From NCBI GenBank assembly GCA_910586625.1, contig CAJUIZ010000006.1, positions 40,907-104,906 of the forward strand: a stretch of DNA of 64,000 nt, in the 5' to 3' direction. This DNA comes from an uncultured Christensenellaceae bacterium. GTDB lineage: Bacteria > Bacillota > Clostridia > Christensenellales > CAG-314. The notes below the pieces were generated by a model that saw only the letters and a list, made by a program, of their open reading frames with translations, had not been told where the DNA came from and ran no database searches. A program made the translations under genes and the position numbers. Positions 9,015 through 20,209 of this stretch are shown piece after piece (position 1 is the stretch's first letter; each line of letters opens with the position of its first letter).

Positions 9015-9551
9015 TTATCTTTTGGACAGAATTTTTTCTACGTAATTGTCGATGGACTTTTGGATAATATCCTTGGCAACGTCCACATCGTGAACTTCAG
9101 AGACGGAAGTAGACTTGTTTTCCAGCTCCTTATATACGCGGAAAAAATGCTGCATTTCGTCGAAAATGTGCTGGGGAAGCTCGGAAATAGACTTGTAACC
9201 GTTGTACGTAGGGTCGGAGTAGGGAATGGCGATTATTTTTTCGTCCGAATCGCCGTTGTCACTCATAGTTATTACGCCTATCGGATAGCAGCGGACAAGG
9301 GACATTGGACACAAGGACTCCGAACAGAGCACCAAAACGTCCATAGGATCGCCGTCGTCGGCAAGCGTGCGGGGAATAAAGCCGTAGTTTGCGGGATAAT
9401 GCGTGGAAGTGTACAAGATGCGGTCAAGAGCGAGCAAGCCCGTCTCCTTGTCTAACTCGTACTTCATTTTGCTGCCCTTGGTTATTTCCACCACCGCGTA
9501 AAAGTCGCCAGAGCTTATGCGGTTGCGCGCTATATCGTGCCAAATGTTCAT
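9015..9551 (-). CDS. ppa: Inorganic pyrophosphatase, family I
   Basis: YPANYGFIPRTLADDGDPMDVLV and VITMSDNGDSDEKIIA are classic family I PPase motifs. Confidence 0.93.
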   Translation of the reverse strand: MNIWHDIARNRISSGDFYAVVEITKGSKMKYELDKETGLLALDRILYTSTHYPANYGFIPRTLADDGDPMDVLVLCSESLCPMSLVRCYPIGVITMSDNGDSDEKIIAIPYSDPTYNGYKSISELPQHIFDEMQHFFRVYKELENKSTSVSEVHDVDVAKDIIQKSIDNYVEKILSKR

Positions 9552-9562
9552 ATTGTTTCTCC

Positions 9563-9937
9563 TTACTTTATTGCATTGCTGTCGTCTTGCATTTCTAACC
9601 GAGCGGCGGCGTACTTCGGCAGTATTTGTTTGCGGTAAATTGGCACAAACAACGCGTTAGCAGCCCACCCCGCCAAACCACAACCGATGACCGCATAGTA
9701 CGGCCCTTCTACGCCTATTGCCGCTAAAAGATACTTGATTGCAAACAGAAAAGCCAACTCAAACACGAAAAACCCGAAGCCAAAAGTTAATCCGGCTGCA
9801 AAATAAGTACTAAGCACAACGTTATAAGGGGTTTTTCTGCGATGCATTTTAAGAGCAGAAGTAATCAGCAGAATTATACCGCCGAACAATGGAACTGCCA
9901 GCCAAATAAACGCTTTTTTGCTTAGAAGCTCTCTCAT
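9563..9937 (-). CDS. Hypothetical membrane protein
   Basis: 124 aa with 3-4 predicted hydrophobic helices, packed between the LysR gene and ppa. Confidence 0.55.
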   Translation of the reverse strand: MRELLSKKAFIWLAVPLFGGIILLITSALKMHRRKTPYNVVLSTYFAAGLTFGFGFFVFELAFLFAIKYLLAAIGVEGPYYAVIGCGLAGWAANALFVPIYRKQILPKYAAARLEMQDDSNAIK

Positions 9938-9945
9938 TCCAACAC

Positions 9946-10821
9946 CTATTCGTACTTGAACTGCTTGGCAAATTGAATGAAGTTCTCCGAATCGGAATAC
10001 AAGCTACTGTTTTTAGACCAGAAAAGCACCACGTCTTGATTTATAGGCGTATCCAACGGGATACAAACAAGATCGGAATCGATTTCCGCCAACTGACGGT
10101 ACAGGAACACGCCTACGTTTGCGTAGGAGAGAAACTTCTTGATTGTGTACAGCTGAGACGAATACAGCAAAATATTGGGCGTAACGCCTACTTCCGAAAA
10201 GGCGCGCTTGATAAATATATTTTGGTAACTGTCCGCCTTGAACAGAATGATATGCTCGTCGGCAAGCTCCTTGAAAGAAATCTTGTCGCGTCCCGCAAGA
10301 GGGTGATTTTTACTTACGCAGAAAACCAACTCCGTAGGCACAAGGGGCAGCACGTTATAGGTGTCGGCCACGGCGTTGTCGAGAATGGTTATGCCGAGAT
10401 CTACCGAGTTGGCGTCAACAAGCTTGCGAGCTTGCAGAGAGCCCGTTTCCAACATTTCCAACTCTACTTCCGGATACAGCTTCTTGTAAGCGTTGAACAT
10501 CTGCGGAAACAAGAATGTGGATATCATTGCGGGCACGGCAATCTTTACGTGATTGTGATTGTTGCCCATATCCTTCATCTGAGTTGCAAGCGAGTCGACG
10601 GATTGCAGAATGTAGTTAACTTTGTCGTGGAAATGCGCGCCTTCGACGGTTAATTGCAGACGGTTGTGTCTGCGGTGAAAAAGCTTGACTCCGAACTCGT
10701 CTTCCAATTCCTTGATACAAAAGGAAATGGTAGGCTGCGACACGAACAGCTCTTCGGCAGCGCGTGTTATACTGCCGTATTGACATACGGTCTGAAAATA
10801 TCTCATTTGCAAAAGCTTCAT
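9946..10821 (-). CDS. LysR family transcriptional regulator
   Basis: N-terminal HTH MKLLQMRYFQTVCQYGSITRAAEELFVSQPTISFCIKELE plus a substrate-binding domain of typical length (291 aa). Confidence 0.9.
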   Translation of the reverse strand: MKLLQMRYFQTVCQYGSITRAAEELFVSQPTISFCIKELEDEFGVKLFHRRHNRLQLTVEGAHFHDKVNYILQSVDSLATQMKDMGNNHNHVKIAVPAMISTFLFPQMFNAYKKLYPEVELEMLETGSLQARKLVDANSVDLGITILDNAVADTYNVLPLVPTELVFCVSKNHPLAGRDKISFKELADEHIILFKADSYQNIFIKRAFSEVGVTPNILLYSSQLYTIKKFLSYANVGVFLYRQLAEIDSDLVCIPLDTPINQDVVLFWSKNSSLYSDSENFIQFAKQFKYE

Positions 10822-10982
10822 TTCGGTTACTCCTTAATACTTTACTTCGACGGTAAAAATATTCGATAACTCTACGAGTAAAGACGTTTCTTTTTGCTGC
10901 GTTACGCCCTACTCCGCTGCGGGACTAAACAAAGCCGCGCAGCGTATTATAAATTTATCTGTAAGTAAGTATAGCAAAAACT

Positions 10983-11007
10983 TTATAATAAATCAAGCGA
11001 ATTATAA
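10983..11007. promoter_or_regulatory. Candidate LTTR box (T-N11-A): TTATAAT-N11-ATTATAA
   Basis: Perfect 7-bp inverted repeat with an 11-nt spacer, ~160 nt upstream of the LysR gene start. The context is AT-rich, so a chance match is possible. Confidence 0.3.
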
Positions 11008-11210
11008 TAAAAACTTTATTAAGTGCCGAATTTAATGAAAAATCTTTGTATTATGAGTGGCATAGTATTATACGAAAGCCAGATTTTAGCTATTGAATAG
11101 CAGAAAATACAAAACTGTGAATATTTTACACACAGAACTGTTGCACTTTATGCACCGCGCGGCCTGCATACGAATTCAGCAAATCGGCAAGCCGCCGCTG
11201 TTATTTCCGT

Positions 11211-12332
11211 CTAAGATATGTCGGTGAGAAGCTCGCATAAAATCGAGTTGGCAACGTAAATTTTGTCAGTCGGAAGCTTGACAAATCCGCGCTCCACCGC
11301 TAAGAACCCGCGTTCGGCAAGCGCCGCGGCATTGGGAAAGAAATGGAAAAATTCACAGCCGTAGCGATCGGCGAATTCGGCAAGCGACACTCCGTCGTCA
11401 AGGCGTAAGCCGAGCATAACGAATTCGTTAGCCTGTTCGCCGATACTTAGCGTTTGACAGTCGGCGCGCAAGCGTTCCGTCGGCGTTGACAAATAGTCGG
11501 CTACGGAAAAGGGATTGGTATAGCGCACGTTGCCAACGAAACCGCTTGCGGCAGCCCCAAACGCGTAGTAGCGACCTTCCGTCCAGTAGTTGAGATTGTG
11601 CCTGCACCGCCGCCCTGCGCGCGCAAAATTGGACGTTTCGTAACGAGTAAAACCGCAAGCGGCAAGGGCGTCGACGGCGCAGTCGTACATATCGGCAAGT
11701 TGATCGTCGGTGTAGGGGTATTGCTCCTTACACAGTCGGCACAAGGGCGAACCGTCGTGAAGCTCCAATGCGTAAACGCTCACGTGAGCAAGGGGCAGAT
11801 TTGCCGCCGTTTCCACCGAACGGCGGAAGTCCGATTCGCTTTCCGGCAGTCCCAAAATAAGATCGGCGTTGACGTTATCGAAGCCGTGTTTACGCGCGAG
11901 TTCCAATGCGCGGACGAAATCGTCATAGCGGTGAATACGCCCTATACGCGCGAGAGTAGCGTCATTGACGCTTTGCAGTCCGAAGCTTAAACGATTTACT
12001 CCGCTTGCGGCAAGGAAGGCAAGCAGGTCGTCCGTTACGCTTTCGGGGTTGCATTCGACGGACACTTCCGTAGCCCGAGACAAATCGAAACGGCCGCGTA
12101 ACCGCGCAAACAGCCCGTCAAGGTACTTAGTATCCACCGACGACGGCGTGCCGCCGCCCAAATACACGGTGGAAATGCTCGCCTGCGGGTCGGAATAACG
12201 GTCGATTTCTTCATACAGCTTGGCAAAGTACTTTTCTTGCAGACCGTAATCGCAACAGGACGAAAAAGCGCAGTATCCGCACCGCGCCTTGCAAAAGGGA
12301 ATATGGACATAAATACCGCAGTTATTGTTCAT
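11211..12332 (-). CDS. hemW: Radical SAM family heme chaperone HemW (HemN-like)
   Basis: Radical SAM motif in GIYVHIPFCKARCGYCAF, with a HemN C-terminal-like domain. I moved the start to MNNNCGIY (12332), overlapping the upstream stop by 11 nt. Confidence 0.88.
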   Translation of the reverse strand: MNNNCGIYVHIPFCKARCGYCAFSSCCDYGLQEKYFAKLYEEIDRYSDPQASISTVYLGGGTPSSVDTKYLDGLFARLRGRFDLSRATEVSVECNPESVTDDLLAFLAASGVNRLSFGLQSVNDATLARIGRIHRYDDFVRALELARKHGFDNVNADLILGLPESESDFRRSVETAANLPLAHVSVYALELHDGSPLCRLCKEQYPYTDDQLADMYDCAVDALAACGFTRYETSNFARAGRRCRHNLNYWTEGRYYAFGAAASGFVGNVRYTNPFSVADYLSTPTERLRADCQTLSIGEQANEFVMLGLRLDDGVSLAEFADRYGCEFFHFFPNAAALAERGFLAVERGFVKLPTDKIYVANSILCELLTDIS

Positions 12333-12738
12333 CTTCGTGATTATCGGGTTGCTCCGCTTCGTCGGCGGATTGCTCGGAAGCGTTTGCCAACGGTTTGACA
12401 TCGTCTTCTATCCAGCTTTTAAGAACGAATTCCTTAACAAGCATAAGCGTCAAAGTTTTATGCTTGGGGTAACTGCGAATGCAAAGCACCGAAACTACCG
12501 GACACGCAACGGACAAAACGAACAATACGCCGCCAAACGCGTACAGTACGACGCGCATATCGGTACCCATATTTTCATAAAACAATGCCATACACAAAAA
12601 CAGTATCGCCGCGCACAAAAAGAGGCAGGTTACGAAAATTATGCTCGTACGCATATACCTACGTATTGCTCTCTTACTTTTCCGTAAAAAATATCTTTTT
12701 TCAAGCGATAACACTTCCTTTTGTAATTTCAAACACAA
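12322..12738 (-). CDS. Hypothetical membrane protein with an acidic C-terminal tail
   Basis: 138-aa ORF with two hydrophobic helices. The start is uncertain. Confidence 0.5.
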   Translation of the reverse strand: MCLKLQKEVLSLEKRYFLRKSKRAIRRYMRTSIIFVTCLFLCAAILFLCMALFYENMGTDMRVVLYAFGGVLFVLSVACPVVSVLCIRSYPKHKTLTLMLVKEFVLKSWIEDDVKPLANASEQSADEAEQPDNHEDEQ

Positions 12739-12766
12739 CGGTTCGCCGTGTTGCGCGGAAACGTGT

Positions 12767-13327
12767 TTACTTTACCAATACGTAATAATCGTAATACTTT
12801 GTGCCGTCGTGCCCTATTAGCGGCTCGTCGGACTTGACAAAGCCCAAGGAAGCTAACGCCTGAGCGCGTTCGACCGCACCTGAAACCGCCTTGGTGGCGA
12901 GCATAGAACAGCCGAACAGGTCGAAAGACGGCTTTGCTATAAGCGACAAAATGCTGCGAATTATCGGAGATTTTTCGTAATCGCTGCGCAAATCCAGCCT
13001 AAGCAGACCGCAATCAGTAAAAAAGTCATTTTCGTCACGCTTGAATTCTTCTATCGTGCCGATAGCTTGGTTTGTCGCCCTGTCTACTATTGCAAAGCGG
13101 ACAAACCAACCGTTTTTGTACGCTTCCTGCCAAAAATTCAGCGCGGCGCGCATACGTTCGAGCGTAGTATAGTAAAAATCGTCTCCGTGGCAGTTGTCGG
13201 CGTTAAAAAACGGCACGGCGTTTTTGTCGGAGTACACTTCCAGTAAGCTGTGCAAATCGGCTTCGGACACCAAACGCAGCACAAATTCGTCGTTGTGAAA
13301 TTCGGGACAGGATTGATAAACGTTCAT
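12767..13327 (-). CDS. GNAT family N-acetyltransferase
   Basis: Starting at MNVYQSCPEF (AGGAG sits 8 nt upstream), the sequence FAIVDRATNQAIGTIEEF...LDLRSDYEKSPIIRSILSLI resembles a GNAT fold. The longer ORF reaching 13663 overlaps lepA and is Arg-rich nonsense. Confidence 0.7.
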   Translation of the reverse strand: MNVYQSCPEFHNDEFVLRLVSEADLHSLLEVYSDKNAVPFFNADNCHGDDFYYTTLERMRAALNFWQEAYKNGWFVRFAIVDRATNQAIGTIEEFKRDENDFFTDCGLLRLDLRSDYEKSPIIRSILSLIAKPSFDLFGCSMLATKAVSGAVERAQALASLGFVKSDEPLIGHDGTKYYDYYVLVK

Positions 13328-13344
13328 AATACGGTTGCTCCTAT

Positions 13345-15144
<1,800 letters not shown>

Positions 15145-15195
15145 AAAATAACTTCCCGTGTGCTATACATTTGATAAAAGACCGACCTTATCGCG

Positions 15196-16056
15196 TTACA
15201 GTACGTCCCAAACACCGTGGAACAGGTAAACGAACGCATACGTCAGAATTTTGCTTACGAAATATATTATAAGAGTTTTCCGTCCGCACGCGGTAACGAC
15301 GCGGACATACTTGGGATTGACGGAAGGAAACAGCGTGCGTTTTTCCTTATAGACTATTCCGCCCAAAAACGCTCCTAACAAAAACCAGCCGAAATCGGGG
15401 AAAAATGCGCGGTAATCCATACCCCTGAAACGACCGTACGCTTCGCCGCTGTGCTCCGCAAGGAAAAACCAATGGGAATTTTCGCTTGTCCAAGGCTGTT
15501 TTTTGGCGCAATAACCCGCAAGTAAAACTGCGACAATTACAGCGAACATAACGACGCCGAACAGGTTCTTTTGCCGATTTTTTACGCATTTATCCTTAAT
15601 CCACGATATAACCGACCACAGAAATACCGAAAGCGCGATTACGTGAATTACGTTGAAATACACCATTATATGCCGTTTTAACACTACGGACACGACAAAG
15701 CAGCCCAATGTGAAAAATACCGACGCGCCCATCAATTTCAGCGAGCGGTTGAAATTGTTTTTGGAGAAGCTGCACGACAACCCCGCGGTAAATATAAACA
15801 AAATTACGACAGCCGGCTGACAGACCGCGCGCAGCGCGCTCGAAGCATATTTGCAGGAAAAATCGTACAACGCCTGAAAAAATGCCGTCTTGTAGTTTCC
15901 GCCCGCGTCGACGCGTATATCGTTGAGCGTGTGGTCCCACACCACCGCCAATATCATCATACCGCGCAAAAAGTCCACTTCCCAAACGCGCTGTTTGGCA
16001 GGCTGAACGGCCGATAAAGTTCTGCCGTCGAAATTTTTCTGCAATTTGTGTTTCAC
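15196..16056 (-). CDS. Membrane protein, DUF1624/heparan-alpha-glucosaminide N-acetyltransferase-like acyltransferase
   Basis: The N-terminal RVWEVDFLRGMMILAVVWDH motif plus multiple TM helices. Confidence 0.5.
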   Translation of the reverse strand: MKHKLQKNFDGRTLSAVQPAKQRVWEVDFLRGMMILAVVWDHTLNDIRVDAGGNYKTAFFQALYDFSCKYASSALRAVCQPAVVILFIFTAGLSCSFSKNNFNRSLKLMGASVFFTLGCFVVSVVLKRHIMVYFNVIHVIALSVFLWSVISWIKDKCVKNRQKNLFGVVMFAVIVAVLLAGYCAKKQPWTSENSHWFFLAEHSGEAYGRFRGMDYRAFFPDFGWFLLGAFLGGIVYKEKRTLFPSVNPKYVRVVTACGRKTLIIYFVSKILTYAFVYLFHGVWDVL

Positions 16057-16215
16057 GATAACAATTATATATCATTAACCGACTTTTGTCCAGTTATAGA
16101 CGCGTGTTTTTGCAACGCAAGAAACGCGGACTGACGGCGGACAAATAGGTTGCAATTTGAGCGTATATATTATATAATTAGCATATAGTAAAAACACTTA
16201 GGAGCGCGCTGCGAA

Positions 16216-16965
16216 ATGATACGACAAGAATACAAATGGTTAACGGACGTATATGTAGCTCACAGGGGATTGTTCGACAACGGCAACGGTATTCCCGAAA
16301 ATTCCATTCCCGCATTTGAAAAAGCCGCCGAGAACGGGTTCGGCATAGAAACGGACGTTCAAATGAGCAAAGACGGCGTTTTGGTAGTATTTCACGACGA
16401 TACACTGAAAAGAATGACAGGCGCGGAAGGCAAGCTGACGGATTATACTTTCGACGAGCTGCGCAAAATGCGGCTTGCCAACACCGATTGCGTTATACCC
16501 ACCTTTCAAGAATTTTTACAAGCGGCAAACGGCGTTAACCTTGTAGTGGAAATAAAAACTCACGACGATATAGGCGAAGTGGAACGCAAAACGTACGAAG
16601 CGTTGAAAGGTTACAAGGGCAACTACTGCGTGGAATCCTTTAACCCGTTTATTATACGCTGGTTCAAGAAAAACGCGCCGTCGGTTATACGCGGAACGCT
16701 TTCCTGCGACTATGCCAACGCGCCTTGGAGCCGCTTTAAGAAAAATCTGCTTGCAAACCTTAAACTGTGCAAATGGAACGGCAGTCAGTTTATCGCATAC
16801 GACGCGAAAGCGGTAGCCAAGAACAAAGCGGTAAAAAAATTCGGCAAAAAAATTCCCATTATTTGCTGGACGATTAAAAGCCAAGCCGAATACGACGAAT
16901 TGTCTCCCTACTTCGACAATATGATATTCGACTCTTTCGTTCCCGAACGCCGCGACTTGCAGTAA
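16216..16965 (+). CDS. Glycerophosphodiester phosphodiesterase family protein
   Basis: AHRGL...ENSIPAFEKA...GFGIETDVQMSKDGVLVVFHDDTL is the GDPD catalytic signature. Confidence 0.85.
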   Translation: MIRQEYKWLTDVYVAHRGLFDNGNGIPENSIPAFEKAAENGFGIETDVQMSKDGVLVVFHDDTLKRMTGAEGKLTDYTFDELRKMRLANTDCVIPTFQEFLQAANGVNLVVEIKTHDDIGEVERKTYEALKGYKGNYCVESFNPFIIRWFKKNAPSVIRGTLSCDYANAPWSRFKKNLLANLKLCKWNGSQFIAYDAKAVAKNKAVKKFGKKIPIICWTIKSQAEYDELSPYFDNMIFDSFVPERRDLQ

Positions 16966-17026
16966 GCCGCACTACCGCATGCAAGCAAACGCTATGCAAA
17001 GCTAAACACCACTTCACGGAGACGCT

Positions 17027-20000
17027 ATGAACAGAGTACTGGTATTTTTCTTAGGAATGTTGTTCGGAATAATATTTATATTCGCAGCCTTGGCGGGCGG
17101 TATTTACATTGCCGTAACGGTTGTAAAACCGTCGGACATTTCGGCTGAGAGCGAAAAATTTCTCGGCGACCTTGCGAATATGTCTCTCTTGGATATGGCT
17201 AAAAACATTGTCGAGCTATATCAGACAAAAATAGGCGTTCGCGACGAAGAAACGGGACGATACTTTACCTTGGGCGAATTCTTGACCAAATACAACATAA
17301 GCGACGAAAAGGCTTTCGGTATGAAGCTGCCCCAAGAAGTGCTGGATATTCCTGCGTTCGAGTTCTTTAACTCCAACAACGGATTTGACAACGCTATGGC
17401 GCAGATAAAGGTGAGCGCGCTGCCGGCAATATTAAATATGTTCGGACAAAGCTCAGATAACGGCGAAAACGGCGCGGCTTTTTCGGACGATGTAATAAAA
17501 GAGCTGTCCAATTACAGCCTGTCCGACCTGCTTGCGGAAGACAAGGGAATAAATTACGTATTTCAAAACGTGGCGTTCGCAGACGTACTTCCGTCGTCCT
17601 TTCCCGAAGAAAACAGCGACAACAAGCTGATGTGGGCGGTAGGTCAAACCAAAATAGGCAAACTGCTCGACGGGATGTCCGGTACGGGCAATATATTTGC
17701 TCAGCTTAAAGACGGCGGCGCATTCGCAACGCTCGGCGCGCTGTCCGTACTCGACATTGCGGGCGACAGCCAATACGTGCGCGCAATACTCGGAGAAAGC
17801 GCGCTTGCCGCCTTCGTGGACGACAGCGGCAATCTCAACTTCGACTCGGTAATCAACGGTATAAGTCTCGGCGGACTGTTGGGCTGCCAAATGCGCTTGT
17901 TGCCGTACGACCAAGAAACGTTCGAAACGTATTTGACGGACGGAAACGTTACGGTTGCCAAGGTGACTTCGAACGGAAAAGTTATGTACGCCAAAGGCAT
18001 ACAAGACGGCGCGGAAGCAACTTGGAACGAAGCGGACGACTGCGGCAAAGCGGAGCATATTCACGACGACGCGTGCAACGCCGACGGTAATTGCGCGCAG
18101 GAAGAACACGCGCATACGGCGGATTGCTTTGCGTACGCGTGGTACTCTACCGCCGCCTGTACTTCCAATCACGACCACGTAGACGAAATGGAAAAGGACG
18201 GACAGTATTATCCGCGCGTTCAAGGGCTGTACGCCGTTTTAGCAAACCTGTCGATGGCGGACCTTACAAACGGAGACTCCAACGCGCTGTTCGACAAAAT
18301 AAAGGAACTGAAAATATCCGATTTATTTGCCGCAGGCGAAACGAGCGGAGTTATTGCCAACCTATCGGATATGACGATAAACGAACTTATGAACGGCGGA
18401 TTGGAAAGTATTTATCTCGGTACGGCGCTGAGCTATTCGCGCAAGCAATGCCAAGCGCCGAGCGGGACGGTAAGTGAAATTCGCGCAGGCGCGGACACTG
18501 CCGAAATACGCTTTTACCTGTGGGAAAACGACGACAAAACGATGCTTTTGTCCGACGACAGCGAACATTGGTACGAAGGCCGCGTCGACTGCAAAAAAGC
18601 CGATTGCGAACACCGCTTCGCCGACTGCTACGGCTACGTGTGGTACACAAGCGAACACTACGACAACCAAGTTGCCGGTATAAGCGCAAGACTGGCGAGC
18701 AAAACGGTAAAAGAGCTTACGTCCATTAACCGAATTGTGTCGTCACTTACCTTGTCAGACGTGTTAGATCCCGTACCGAGCATATTGAAGTCGCTTGCCG
18801 ATACTTCCATAAGCGAGCTCGGAACGGCTATCGACAGTATGTATCTCGGAGAGCTGTTGGGCTACAAGCATATGTTGGACTGCAAACAAACGCACGAACA
18901 CGCGGACGAATGCTACGGTTGGTTCGAAGCGAACTGCGGCGACGACAGCCACGCACACACGGACGAGTGCTACTCCAAGCCTGCAGAAGGACTGCTTGCC
19001 AAGTTTGCCGATAAGCGAATAAGTCAGCTGAATACAATAGGAGACACGGTAAAGGAGTTAACTCTTGCCGACGTATTAGACCCCGTTCCATCGATGCTTG
19101 CCGACCTTGCCGACACACAAATAGGCGAATTGGGCAACAAGCTGAACGATATGTACGTAGGCGCGGCAATGGGATACGTACGTAACGAAAAAGACGGAAC
19201 ACAGTATACCGACGAATCAACTGCGGACGGAGAAGTTAAAAGCGACGGCAACGCCTTCGTAAAAACGGACAACGGCAAATGGTACGAAGCGGAGCTTACC
19301 TGTAAGGACAGTCATACGCACTTTGCCGCGTGTTACGAATACGTGTGGTATACCGACTCGACGTATACAGAAAAACCCACGGGCGTAAACAAGGCGTTTT
19401 GCAATTACACATTAAGCAGTATATCCAACGCGACAAACGAGCTTACTCTTGCGAAATTGGGCATAGATACCAACGGAAACAAGATATTGGACAGCGTAAA
19501 GGACGAAAAGATTACAGATATCGGCAGCAAAATAAGCAACCTGAAAATGGGCGTAGCGTTGGGATACGCAGATTATACCGACAAACCGTTATGCGGCAAC
19601 GCGTCCCACGCGCACAGCGGCGACTGCTACGGCTGGCTGGAAGAATGCGGCAAAACGGATTGCAGCCACGGACAGCATTTTGCATTGGACGGCAAGAATT
19701 ACGTCAAAGTAAAGGGACTTAGCGCAAAAATCGCCGACAAATCGATAGCCGACTTGGGACAGGGAAACGCAATAAGCGGCATTACCGAAACGCTGACGAT
19801 AGGCGACCTTATAGACAGCGGAATGATGGATATAGGCGCGGACGCCAATAACTACAAGTTTGCACTGCTTTCCGCTGCGTGCGTAGAAAATACGCATACG
19901 TTCACCGAAGGCGCGCAGACGTTCGGGTGCAGTTTCCAAGATTTTATGACCTACTCCGCCGCTTACAAGTTGACTCACGGCACGACCGTGACCGCGCGGG

Positions 20001-20125
20001 AATACTGGGAAAAATGTCACGAGAACTCCGATATGACGGAAGCGGAAAAAACGGCTCACCGCGACGAATGGAAGAACGCCACTCTCAACGAATTTATGAA
20101 TACTTTACTGCAAGCCATCAACTGA
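17027..20125 (+). CDS. Large membrane-anchored repeat protein with Cys2His2-like modules (unknown family)
   Basis: N-terminal TM anchor VLVFFLGMLFGIIFIFAALAGGIYIAV. LTLxDVLDPVPSxL..LADTxIxEL....MYxG...GY repeats alternate with C-x3-4-H-x-H-x3-C-Y(G/x)W modules. Confidence 0.8.
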   Translation: MNRVLVFFLGMLFGIIFIFAALAGGIYIAVTVVKPSDISAESEKFLGDLANMSLLDMAKNIVELYQTKIGVRDEETGRYFTLGEFLTKYNISDEKAFGMKLPQEVLDIPAFEFFNSNNGFDNAMAQIKVSALPAILNMFGQSSDNGENGAAFSDDVIKELSNYSLSDLLAEDKGINYVFQNVAFADVLPSSFPEENSDNKLMWAVGQTKIGKLLDGMSGTGNIFAQLKDGGAFATLGALSVLDIAGDSQYVRAILGESALAAFVDDSGNLNFDSVINGISLGGLLGCQMRLLPYDQETFETYLTDGNVTVAKVTSNGKVMYAKGIQDGAEATWNEADDCGKAEHIHDDACNADGNCAQEEHAHTADCFAYAWYSTAACTSNHDHVDEMEKDGQYYPRVQGLYAVLANLSMADLTNGDSNALFDKIKELKISDLFAAGETSGVIANLSDMTINELMNGGLESIYLGTALSYSRKQCQAPSGTVSEIRAGADTAEIRFYLWENDDKTMLLSDDSEHWYEGRVDCKKADCEHRFADCYGYVWYTSEHYDNQVAGISARLASKTVKELTSINRIVSSLTLSDVLDPVPSILKSLADTSISELGTAIDSMYLGELLGYKHMLDCKQTHEHADECYGWFEANCGDDSHAHTDECYSKPAEGLLAKFADKRISQLNTIGDTVKELTLADVLDPVPSMLADLADTQIGELGNKLNDMYVGAAMGYVRNEKDGTQYTDESTADGEVKSDGNAFVKTDNGKWYEAELTCKDSHTHFAACYEYVWYTDSTYTEKPTGVNKAFCNYTLSSISNATNELTLAKLGIDTNGNKILDSVKDEKITDIGSKISNLKMGVALGYADYTDKPLCGNASHAHSGDCYGWLEECGKTDCSHGQHFALDGKNYVKVKGLSAKIADKSIADLGQGNAISGITETLTIGDLIDSGMMDIGADANNYKFALLSAACVENTHTFTEGAQTFGCSFQDFMTYSAAYKLTHGTTVTAREYWEKCHENSDMTEAEKTAHRDEWKNATLNEFMNTLLQAIN

Positions 20126-20144
20126 TAATTACAGGTTATTAACG

Positions 20145-20182
20145 CAAAAAAATCTCTCCGTTTATATCGGAGAGATTTTTTA
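20145..20182. terminator. Bidirectional rho-independent terminator
   Basis: AAAAAAATCTCTCCG-TTTATAT-CGGAGAGATTTTTT lies between convergent genes. Confidence 0.8.
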
Positions 20183-20209
20183 TAAGGCAACGATATACAA
20201 ATTAAAACG

